Assembly: GCA_963749915.1 (NCBI GenBank)
Contig: CAVVOP010000005.1
Coordinates: 32,001 to 96,000, forward strand
Reading direction: 5' to 3'
From: an uncultured cyanobacterium
GTDB taxonomy: Bacteria; Cyanobacteriota; Cyanobacteriia; Cyanobacteriales; Cyanobacteriaceae
Length of the DNA: 64,000 bases
In this document: positions 1 through 8,629 of the stretch, piece after piece
Position numbering within the stretch: the first letter of the stretch is position 1
How the letters are laid out: each line of letters starts with the position of its first letter
Program-made: the position numbers and the translations under genes
Notes under the pieces: model-generated
Told to the model about the DNA's origin: nothing
Seen by the model: the letters and a program-made list of their open reading frames with translations, nothing else
The model's database searches: none

Positions 1-711
1 TAACTTGTGATTTTTTTCGTTAAAGAGTGGATATAAACCTTTATTATGACTAAAATAAAACTTTAATGGGACGGGACGAAAATCAGAGTTAACTAATTTG
101 CATTCGCTAATTATACCCTGTTGAAAATTGGCCTGACGAACATTATTAATCCAACGGCACAATTCTTGGGGGTTCCCAATAGTCGCCGATAAAGCCACTA
201 ATTGAATATGAGGAGGACAATAAATAATTGATTCTTCCCACACTGTACCCCGACCAGGATCACTAATATAATGACACTCATCTAATACTACCGTCTGCAC
301 ATCCCGAACCGAAGTACCAACTTCACCGATGGGGGTACTATAAAGCATGTTGCGAAAAATTTCTGTCGTCATCACAATAACAGGGGCAGAAGGATTGATT
401 AACACATCACCAGTAATCAAGCCAATTTCGGCATAAGTGCCAGTTTCTGATAATAAATTTTGACCAAATTTATCTTGAAAATCTCGAAATTTTTGGTTAG
501 AAAGGGCTTTTAATGGAGTGGTGTAAAAAACTCTTTTTTCCTCTATTAAAGCTCGATAAATGGCATATTCTCCTATTAACGTTTTGCCTGATCCTGTTGG
601 TGCAGTGACAACCACAGATTTATTTTCATCTAAATAACTCATCGCTTCTTGCTGAAAATCATCTAACTTATAAGGAAAAATGGTATTAAAATCTAGGACA
701 ATGGGATTCAT
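1..711 (-). CDS. Ski2/HelY-like DEAD/DEAH-box helicase, 5' part (runs off window start)
   Basis: Manual translation from ATG at 711: MNPIVLDFNTIFPYKLDDFQQEA..APTGSGKT..YTTPLKALSNQK..MTTEIFRNMLY..VVLDECHY..LSATIGN; SF2 motifs I, Ia, II, III. Confidence 0.92.
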   Translation of the reverse strand, partial: MNPIVLDFNTIFPYKLDDFQQEAMSYLDENKSVVVTAPTGSGKTLIGEYAIYRALIEEKRVFYTTPLKALSNQKFRDFQDKFGQNLLSETGTYAEIGLITGDVLINPSAPVIVMTTEIFRNMLYSTPIGEVGTSVRDVQTVVLDECHYISDPGRGTVWEESIIYCPPHIQLVALSATIGNPQELCRWINNVRQANFQQGIISECKLVNSDFRPVPLKFYFSHNKGLYPLFNEKNHKL

Positions 712-991
712 AGTTATGTAATAATATGATAATTAAGAGCAATTTTAAAATAATTTAATTCCAAAAATTTAACTGTAGAGATATAGTCAAAATATTATAC
801 TTTTTACATCAAGTAAGAAATAGTAAAGAAACAATAAAAAAGTTAAAAAAGAAGTAACAACTTGTTTGAAAAGTTAAAATAGAGCTCAATATTTTGAGAT
901 TTAGTTTCTAATTGTCTAACCATAATATGAATCATACTAGCAGAAATCATCTTTTTTCCTCAACTGGGTCAAATTACTCTTTAAATAGATA

Positions 992-1020
992 TTGACATTT
1001 TTAATTGTTGTTGCTATAGT
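992..1020 (+). promoter_or_regulatory. sigma70-type promoter of the MerR-vWA pair
   Basis: TTGACA (992-997), 17-nt spacer, TG-n-TATAGT (1012-1020); ATG follows at 1027. Confidence 0.7.
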
Positions 1021-1026
1021 AGAAGT

Positions 1027-1728
1027 ATGAACTTAGAAAATCCAGAATCCAGCCATGAGGAATGGTTAATTGATGAATTTGTGGGGGTAGCTAACCAATT
1101 ATTACCGAATTATCTGCCTGAGATTAAGGGCAATACCAAAGTCAAAGAGGAAATTAATCCTCGTTTAGTCAGGCATTATACTAGTCTGAAATTGATAGAT
1201 GAGCCTACCCGGAAAAATCGTTATGCTTTCTATAATTACCGTCATCTTTTGCAACTACTTTTAGTGAGACGGTTGTTAAGTGATGGTGTTGGTGCGGCAG
1301 CGATTAATGATTTGTTAACAACTAAAACTAATGAGGAATTAAAAAGCCTACTCATCGGCGGTATTACTATCAATATTACCACTGCCCATCAATATCCTAC
1401 TGCTACGAACTCCGCTTTAGAATATTTAGCTAATTTAAAGCATAAAAAGCAAGAAAATTCCCGTGACAATTATCAAGATATTCAGCAAAATCAAGCCAAT
1501 TTTATCCTTAAGAAGGAATCTTTTCCGTCATTACAAAATAAAGAGATTCAAAATCAATCATCTTTTTCTAACCTTGAACAATGGACACATTTACGTATAT
1601 TAAATGGTTTAGAATTACACATTCGAGATGATTTTGTTTATCCTAATAGTATCAAAGAACAAGAATCTCTTAATCAACATTTAATTAACATTTTCGCTCA
1701 ATGGTTAACAAGAAAAAAAAATGAGTAA
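1027..1728 (+). CDS. MerR-family helix-turn-helix protein
   Basis: INPRLVRHYTSLKLIDEP..RYAFYNYRHLLQLLLVRRL winged HTH; C-terminal WTHLRILNGLELHIRDD motif. Confidence 0.8.
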   Translation: MNLENPESSHEEWLIDEFVGVANQLLPNYLPEIKGNTKVKEEINPRLVRHYTSLKLIDEPTRKNRYAFYNYRHLLQLLLVRRLLSDGVGAAAINDLLTTKTNEELKSLLIGGITINITTAHQYPTATNSALEYLANLKHKKQENSRDNYQDIQQNQANFILKKESFPSLQNKEIQNQSSFSNLEQWTHLRILNGLELHIRDDFVYPNSIKEQESLNQHLINIFAQWLTRKKNE

Positions 1729-2959
1729 TTTAACGCCCCAAGTCCAATTTATTCCCCTTCGCAATGCTATTTCTCGTGATAGTGTTACTCACCTGGATTT
1801 AATTGTCAGAATTATGACACCAGAAATAAAAACTAATAAATCACGTCCGCCTTTAAATTTAGGTTTGGTGATTGACAGATCTGGCTCAATGCAAGGTAAA
1901 AAAATAGAATATGCCCAAAAAGCCGCTTGTTATGCAGTTACTCAGTTATTATCAACTGATAGAATTAGCATCACTGTTTATGATGATCAAGTAGAGGTAA
2001 TTGTTCCTAGTATTTTGGCTACTGATAAAGAATATATCCTCAATAAAATTAAGAGAATAACTCCTCGAAATATGACGGCTTTGTATGATGGTTGGTTGGA
2101 AGGTGCAACCCAAGTAAGTAAATATATTCAACCTGAACAGTTAAACCGTGTTATTCTTTTATCGGATGGTTTGGCTAATGTGGGGGAAACTAATCCCGAC
2201 ACTATTGGTAATAGTGTCCACGGTTTAAGTCAACACGGGGTCAGCACTACAACTATGGGCATCGGCGACGACTTCAACGAAGATTTAATGCAGGGTATCG
2301 CCCTTAGCGGTGATGGTAACTATTATTATATTCAAGATCCTGAACAATTACCGAGTATTTTTGACGGTGAATTGCAAGGGATTATAGCAACCATCGGACA
2401 GAAAGTGAGTATCGGCATCAAAACCTTAGCACAAGTGCAATTGGTGGATGTTTTCAACGATTTAGAAAAAACCGAATTTGGCAATTATAAATTACCTAAT
2501 CTCATCGCTGGTAATCATATTGATGTGGTGTTGCGTTTAAAAATTCCTGGTTTGTCACAGTCAATGATATTGGCTGATTTTCGCTTAGCATTTGACGATA
2601 TTGAGACAAAATCGAGAAAAGTGTCCCATCACCAACTACAGTTACCCATTGTCACCAGTGCGGAATTGTCGGAATATCCTGTCAATGAGAAAGTGAAGGC
2701 AAAAGTTGTTCAATTAAGTACGTCACGGGCGAAGGAAGAGGCGATCAAAAGCCTTGACAGGGGGGATATTGCTGGTACAAGAGAACGATTACAAACAGCT
2801 AGACAAGAGATGATAGATGCTGGTGTCAGTTTCAGTTTCCAAGAACCAGAAATGAAGGAAATTGATGAATTATTGGACGATTTAGAGACGGGAAATAGTA
2901 AGAGTATGCGTAAAAAAGCCAGTTATCAAAACTATCAAAAACGCCGTAACCGAGAATAA
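1721..2959 (+). CDS. von Willebrand factor A (vWA) domain protein
   Basis: MIDAS motif VIDRSGSM, ILLSDGLAN, TTMGIGDDFNEDLM; overlaps upstream gene by 8 nt. Confidence 0.9.
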   Translation: MSNLTPQVQFIPLRNAISRDSVTHLDLIVRIMTPEIKTNKSRPPLNLGLVIDRSGSMQGKKIEYAQKAACYAVTQLLSTDRISITVYDDQVEVIVPSILATDKEYILNKIKRITPRNMTALYDGWLEGATQVSKYIQPEQLNRVILLSDGLANVGETNPDTIGNSVHGLSQHGVSTTTMGIGDDFNEDLMQGIALSGDGNYYYIQDPEQLPSIFDGELQGIIATIGQKVSIGIKTLAQVQLVDVFNDLEKTEFGNYKLPNLIAGNHIDVVLRLKIPGLSQSMILADFRLAFDDIETKSRKVSHHQLQLPIVTSAELSEYPVNEKVKAKVVQLSTSRAKEEAIKSLDRGDIAGTRERLQTARQEMIDAGVSFSFQEPEMKEIDELLDDLETGNSKSMRKKASYQNYQKRRNRE

Positions 2960-3005
2960 AATAAGGAGGGATTATTATAGAGAGAGGAAGAAGGAGGCTA
3001 AAAAT

Positions 3006-3563
3006 ATGATTACTACTCTTAAAAAGACTCTAACTTTAGGGGAGTTTTTACAACAACCAGAAACCAAACCACCCCAAGAATTTATTGAGGGAGAAATACG
3101 ATTAAAACCCATGCCCCAAGGACAGCATAGTCGTCTGCAAATCAAACTCTGTACTGCTATTAATCAGGTGACGGAATCGCAAAAAATAGCTTATGCTTTC
3201 CCTGAATTACGTTGTACTTTTGCTCAAAGATCCATCGTTCCTGATGTGGTAGTTTTTGAATGGGATAGAATCCCCCGTACAGAAAAAGGAAGAATAGCCA
3301 ATCGTTTCAATAATTACCCTGATTGGAGTATCGAAATTTTATCCCCTGAGCAAAGTTATATAAAAGTGTTAGATAATTTATTATTTTGTTCTGAACATGG
3401 CACTCAATTAGGATGGTTAATTAATCCAGAAGAAGAAGTTCTTTTGGTTGTTTTTCCTGAACAAAAAGTTAAGTTATTTAAAGCAAATGACCCCTTACCA
3501 GTTTTAGATAAAATAGAATTAAAATTAACTGGTAATGACGTTTTTGATTGGCTGAATATGTAA
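3006..3563 (+). CDS. Uma2-family (PD-(D/E)xK) endonuclease-like protein
   Basis: KPMPQGQHSRLQ, PELRCTF, IVPDVVV, PDWSIEILSP motifs; AAGGAGG SD upstream. Confidence 0.9.
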   Translation: MITTLKKTLTLGEFLQQPETKPPQEFIEGEIRLKPMPQGQHSRLQIKLCTAINQVTESQKIAYAFPELRCTFAQRSIVPDVVVFEWDRIPRTEKGRIANRFNNYPDWSIEILSPEQSYIKVLDNLLFCSEHGTQLGWLINPEEEVLLVVFPEQKVKLFKANDPLPVLDKIELKLTGNDVFDWLNM

Positions 3564-3664
3564 AGGTTCCAGAACAGATAATTGCAGTTGTTTTCGAAGT
3601 TTGACAAAAGAGGGACAAGAAATAATATTTTTATCGATTTAAAAATTAACATTCGACAAAGCTT

Positions 3665-4402
3665 TCAGACTTTTTTGTCTCCCTTCAGCAATGGCACGAA
3701 CCGCACAGGAATAGTTCTCTCCTCAATCACGCCCTTGGGTTTCTTCGTCAGCACCACAATATTCTGATACCGCTTCCCGACTGGAATCACCATCCTCCCC
3801 TCGATGGCCAGTTGGTCAATTAAAGGTTGAGGGATGTGGTCTGGTGCGGCCGTAACTAAGATTGCGTCGTAGGGTGCGTGTTCCGCCCAACCCCAATATC
3901 CATCACTCGTCTTGAAGTGGATGTTTTTATAGCCAAGGGTTTTGAGGGTGCGGTGGGCCAGTTCAGCGAGTTCGGGGATAATCTCGATGGTGTAAACTTC
4001 TCCCGCTAATTCACCCAAGATCGCCGCCTGATAGCCACACCCTGTGCCAATTTCTAACACTCTATCCTCTGGGGAAATCTTCGCCGCCTCAGTCATGTAA
4101 GCAACAATATAGGGCTGAGAGATAGTCTGGTCATGGCTGATGGGCAGGGGATTATCTGCATAAGCAAGGTGGGCAAGGGGAGGCTCGACGAATCGATGAC
4201 GAGGTACGGTTAACATGGCCTGCAAAACTGCTTTATCCTCTATCCCCCGTGCCCGAATCTGATGCTCCACCATGTACTGGCGGTCAACCGTCAACCGTTT
4301 GGCTGTCAGGTCTGCGTCCTGTCCGATCATTGAAGAGAAATTCTGATTCGCTACCGCCCAATTGGGCAAGCTCAATAAGATAATGGAGACAAACATAGAC
4401 AC
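3665..4402 (-). CDS. pcm: protein-L-isoaspartate(D-aspartate) O-methyltransferase
   Basis: VPRHRFV, QTISQPYIVAYM, VLEIGTGCGYQAA, APYDAILVTAA, VRFVPL. Confidence 0.93.
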   Translation of the reverse strand: MSMFVSIILLSLPNWAVANQNFSSMIGQDADLTAKRLTVDRQYMVEHQIRARGIEDKAVLQAMLTVPRHRFVEPPLAHLAYADNPLPISHDQTISQPYIVAYMTEAAKISPEDRVLEIGTGCGYQAAILGELAGEVYTIEIIPELAELAHRTLKTLGYKNIHFKTSDGYWGWAEHAPYDAILVTAAPDHIPQPLIDQLAIEGRMVIPVGKRYQNIVVLTKKPKGVIEERTIPVRFVPLLKGDKKV

Positions 4403-4874
4403 AACCTCCCTTTATAGCATCCGAATAGACAAAAGTCTGTGGCGGGGCAAAAGCACTTTATTCTTATAAAGAGCTCACAGCAAAGATCCCACTTATAATC
4501 CTCTCGCGAATGCAGTCTAAAACCAATATGAGAGCAATGACACTGTAGTTGCAACTCAAGTTACAGGCTCCCCCACTACCCCCATTCTAAGTCAAAAACT
4601 TTTTGATGTCAATTACTTTTGGACTTTTCTCAGGGTAATCGCATTTTGATTGAGTAACTGAGTGAACATCAGTTAACGTAGGCGGTGTTTAAGCGAAGTG
4701 AGATGAATATGGAAGGCGATCGCGTTTACTATCATTAAGATTCCAAGTTTTTTACTCAATGGCAAAACTTCCGGCTTGACGCAAATAATTTTGATAAAAT
4801 AAAATGCCTAGATAAAGCAAAACTTCTTTACCACACATCAAAAACACCAGAAAGTTACTGCCAACAGTTATCAC

Positions 4875-6572
4875 ATGAAATTTACGATACTCTTTGTTAT
4901 TGTTTTGTGCCTATCGATTATTTATTCTCTAAGAGTCTCACCATTCTCTGTCAATATGGCAACTACATCCCCCGGTCTGTTAAGCGATCCTTTCTTACAA
5001 TTACCGACTTCTGATTCTATAAGAGTAGTTTGGTTTACTGAATTCCCGAGTGATCGCTCTTATGTTAAATATGGTGGACAATTAGAAAAGGAAACGGACG
5101 CCACTACGACTAAAGTTAGTCGGCTCAGAGAAGACCAAGACTCCCTCGTAAATCGAGAATATGCTCAACCTACGGTAAGGGATATTTGGCGACATGAGGC
5201 CATAGTAACGGGGTTAACTCCTAACCAAAGAGTTCCCTATCAAGTAGTAAGTGTCAAAGACCAAGAAGTAATTAGTAGTCAACAATTTAATCTAGCGAGT
5301 ACCCCCCCACCAGACACACCCCTCAAAATTTTGCTAACTTCCGATCATCAATTAATGCCAATGACTACTGCTAATTTACAAAAAGTAGTAGAAACAGTAG
5401 GAAGATTAGATGCGGTTTTTTTGGCTGGAGATTTGGTAAATATTCCCGATCGGGCTTCAGAATGGTTTGATGATAGTAGAGGTGGTGCTTTTTTTCCTAG
5501 TTTGCAAGGTCGAGGCCACTACAAGTTAGGCGATGTTACTTACAAAGGAGGGAAGATTCTTCAGTATGCACCTTTATTTACCGCTTTGGGTAATCATGAA
5601 GTAATGGGGCGATTCTCCACTACTAAGTCCCTCAAAGATCAGTTTGATGATTCAATTCCTCGCTCTGTCGCCAAACAACTTTATCCCCAAGAAGATCTCA
5701 AAAACAATTCTTTTAACACTGATACTTACGAAGAGATATTTACCTTACCACAAAGTCAGTCGGGAGGAGAAAAATATTATGCTGTTACTTTCGGCGATGT
5801 TCGGTTAGTGGTTTTGTGTGTAACTAGTATGTGGCGATCGCCATCAATGGACTCTGATGTTAAGGGAAGATATCAAGAAAGCATCAAAGATTTAAACTAT
5901 CCGGAAAATTGGGGTTATGGACAGCATATTTTTGAACCAATAAGCCGAGATAGTCCGCAATACATTTGGTTAAAAACAGAATTAGCCAGTGATGCTTTTA
6001 AGGAAGCCAAATATAAAATAGTCATGTTTCATAATCCCCCTCATACTTTAGGGGGTAATATTGTGCCTCCCTACACCGATCCTCAAGCTGTTATTCAGCA
6101 TAACCACGATGGTACAATTCAATCTATCAAATATGAATATCCCATGGAGCAAGACTATATTGTTCGCGATCTGATTCCTCTATTAGAACCTGCTGGCGTG
6201 CAGTTAGTTTATTATGGACATTCCCATCTCTGGAATCGTTTTGCGACTACATCAGGAATGCAATTTTTAGAATCATCTAATGTAGGCAATACTTATGGAG
6301 CACATTTAGGAGAGAAGAAACGTCCAGTTCCTCCTCATAACCCCAATTATGCACAAGTGGGCAATCCTAATGGTTTAAAGCCAATTATTCCTACTATTGC
6401 CCCGTTACAGGATGAAAACGGTGGTGATCTCCCCTATATTGCCAGCAATGATCTTACTGTTTTTAGCATCCTCGATACTGAGAAGGGAGAAGTAAGCAGT
6501 TATCGCTTTGATACTCGTCAACCATCTTCGGAAGTGATTAAGTTTGATGAGTTTAAGATGAGCAAGTCTTAA
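4875..6572 (+). CDS. secreted purple-acid-phosphatase-like metallophosphoesterase
   Basis: N-terminal hydrophobic signal; SDHQ, AGDLVN, GNHE, GHSH metal-binding motifs. Confidence 0.85.
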   Translation: MKFTILFVIVLCLSIIYSLRVSPFSVNMATTSPGLLSDPFLQLPTSDSIRVVWFTEFPSDRSYVKYGGQLEKETDATTTKVSRLREDQDSLVNREYAQPTVRDIWRHEAIVTGLTPNQRVPYQVVSVKDQEVISSQQFNLASTPPPDTPLKILLTSDHQLMPMTTANLQKVVETVGRLDAVFLAGDLVNIPDRASEWFDDSRGGAFFPSLQGRGHYKLGDVTYKGGKILQYAPLFTALGNHEVMGRFSTTKSLKDQFDDSIPRSVAKQLYPQEDLKNNSFNTDTYEEIFTLPQSQSGGEKYYAVTFGDVRLVVLCVTSMWRSPSMDSDVKGRYQESIKDLNYPENWGYGQHIFEPISRDSPQYIWLKTELASDAFKEAKYKIVMFHNPPHTLGGNIVPPYTDPQAVIQHNHDGTIQSIKYEYPMEQDYIVRDLIPLLEPAGVQLVYYGHSHLWNRFATTSGMQFLESSNVGNTYGAHLGEKKRPVPPHNPNYAQVGNPNGLKPIIPTIAPLQDENGGDLPYIASNDLTVFSILDTEKGEVSSYRFDTRQPSSEVIKFDEFKMSKS

Positions 6573-6661
6573 TGACAAAAAAGCGGCGATCGCAGTTTAG
6601 CCTACTTCACCTGAGTTCTATCAGAAAAAAAGTAGAGAGTTGAGTTATAAGAGACGTCTAA

Positions 6662-7066
6662 TTAAAGATTAGTGGTAATGGCTTGTACTGGACAAGTAGG
6701 AATACACTGTTCACAGACAATACAGGTTTGTTGGCGAAATTGTAATTTATAGGTATTCGGATTGAGAGTTAAGGATTCCGTAGGACATACTCCTGTACAT
6801 AATCCACAGTGTACGCAGGTTTCTTCATCGATAACAATTTCCCCTGTGGTGAGGGAAACGTTGATATTATTGGCTTTCATCCAGTCAATGGCGGCATCTA
6901 ATTGATCTATGTCTCCGGACAATTCCAATACTAACTTCCCCACTTGATTCGGTGCGACTTGTCCTCTGATAATGTTAGCAGCGATGTTAAAGTCCTTGGC
7001 CAATCTATAGGTAACGGGCATTTGAACTACTGTGTGCGGAAAGGTCAAATTTACTCTTTTTTTCAT
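6662..7066 (-). CDS. NIL-domain 2x[4Fe-4S] ferredoxin
   Basis: NIL domain then CVHCGLCTGVCP and CIVCEQCIPTCP; start placed at MKKRV. Confidence 0.88.
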   Translation of the reverse strand: MKKRVNLTFPHTVVQMPVTYRLAKDFNIAANIIRGQVAPNQVGKLVLELSGDIDQLDAAIDWMKANNINVSLTTGEIVIDEETCVHCGLCTGVCPTESLTLNPNTYKLQFRQQTCIVCEQCIPTCPVQAITTNL

Positions 7067-7195
7067 AATATTGGGAAAATTAGTTATTAATAAAAGTTGT
7101 TGCCAGATCAAAAAATTCAGAAATATTTATCCCTAATTCGCCACAAGTTTCTTTATGGGGGAAAATAGAGAAGAATTAAAGAAGGCAGAAGTTGA

Positions 7196-7273
7196 AAGGC
7201 AGTCTCCATGAAAAAAAATTCCCACCATCAGGGATGAAAGTTGGCACTTTCAAGTCAGGAAGGAGGCAGGAGG
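7196..7273 (+). repeat. dispersed structured repeat, copy 1 (in AGGCAGG heptamer context)
   Basis: Near-identical to 25540-25619 (4 substitutions in the core). Confidence 0.9.
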
Positions 7274-7412
7274 AGGGTTAGCGGGGCAATACTGCCTTCT
7301 GCTTCGCCCGAAGGGCAGTTAACTGTTATACTCTATAGAAAATAATTTATTATCGTCTCAATCTTATCAATTATTATATTAGTTCTCAATTATCAGTTAT
7401 TAATCAATTACT

Positions 7413-7964
7413 ATGTCCAAACATAACATTAATCCTGTTAATCGAATCCGTAATATCATTATTGCCTTAACCGCTGTGATTTTTGGGATAGTATTGGTAT
7501 TTAGTTCGCAAACAACTCTTAATTCTGAATCTTTGGAGGCACAATCTCAACAAGCTATCCCCCTAGAAATGGCTGTAAATAATGGTAAACCCTCCCTGGT
7601 AGAATTTTATGCGAATTGGTGTACCAGTTGCCAAGCTATGGCTAGGGATTTGGCACTTTTAAAACAAGAGTATCAACAGGATGTTAATTTTGTGATGCTT
7701 AATGTCGATAACAATAAATGGTTGCCAGAGATTTTAAATTATGGAGTTGATGGCATACCTCACTTTGTCTTTTTAAATACTCAGGGTCAAGCGATCGCTG
7801 AAACCATTGGAGAACAAACGTTAAGCATTTTTGAAGGTAATTTACAAGCACTATTAGCGAATCGACCCCTACCCTACGCCAACACTAGCGGGAATATTTC
7901 TTCCTTGAAACCTAAAAATCAGATTATTGAAGGAAACAAGGATAATCCCAGAGATCACGGTTAA
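7413..7964 (+). CDS. txlA: membrane-anchored thioredoxin-like protein (TxlA/HCF164 type)
   Basis: TM helix, EFYANWCTSC, VDGIPHFVFL. Confidence 0.8.
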   Translation: MSKHNINPVNRIRNIIIALTAVIFGIVLVFSSQTTLNSESLEAQSQQAIPLEMAVNNGKPSLVEFYANWCTSCQAMARDLALLKQEYQQDVNFVMLNVDNNKWLPEILNYGVDGIPHFVFLNTQGQAIAETIGEQTLSIFEGNLQALLANRPLPYANTSGNISSLKPKNQIIEGNKDNPRDHG

Positions 7965-8049
7965 AAATTGATCATGTACGGACAAAAGTGTTGCTCCCGA
8001 ATTTATCATAACTACCCTGACAGAGCTATATTTAATAGCATTAATTAAC

Positions 8050-8523
8050 ATGAAAAAAACTAAATTATTGTTTGTATGTTTAGGCAACATTTGTCGTTCA
8101 CCTTCTGCAGAAAACATTATGAATTATTTGATTGAAAAAGAAGGTTTAAGAGATAAATTTGAGTGTGATTCTGCTGGAACATCAAGGTATCATATAGGAT
8201 CTTCTCCCGATAAAAGAATGAGAAATTCAGCCCAAAAAAGAGGGATAGAATTAAAGGGAAAAGCAAGACAAATAGAAGATTTTGATCTCGAATATTATGA
8301 CTTGATTTTAGCGATGGATAAGTCTAATTATTATGATATTTTATCCCTGGATCACCAAGGAAAATATAAAGATAAAATTAAATTAATATGTGATTTTACC
8401 ACGAAATTTAAAGAGAAAGAAGTACCAGATCCTTACTATGGGGGAGAATCAGGATTTGATTATGTAATTGATTTATTATTAGATTCCTGTCAGGGATTAT
8501 TAGAATATTGTCAATCAAGCTAA
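8050..8523 (+). CDS. low-molecular-weight protein-tyrosine phosphatase
   Basis: FVCLGNICRSP P-loop, DPYYGG. Confidence 0.93.
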   Translation: MKKTKLLFVCLGNICRSPSAENIMNYLIEKEGLRDKFECDSAGTSRYHIGSSPDKRMRNSAQKRGIELKGKARQIEDFDLEYYDLILAMDKSNYYDILSLDHQGKYKDKIKLICDFTTKFKEKEVPDPYYGGESGFDYVIDLLLDSCQGLLEYCQSS

Positions 8524-8629
8524 CTTCCATTGTTTGAGTCATGTTCAAATCTTCTGGCACTGAAATAGCTTGATATATGGCAGTATTTGGAAAAAGTGGG
8601 ATTATCTGACAAGGCTAATTTCTATACAA

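Noticed and set aside
1..3563. Helicase + MerR + vWA + Uma2 as one defence island
   Set aside because: The helicase is a divergently transcribed, commonly conserved HelY type and Uma2 genes are abundant and scattered in cyanobacteria; only the MerR-vWA coupling is supported by the sequence
8499..8620. Possible MITE remnant overlapping the LMW-PTP 3' end (TTAG..TTGTCA / TGACAA..CTAA)
   Set aside because: Inverted ends too short and degenerate to support without other copies
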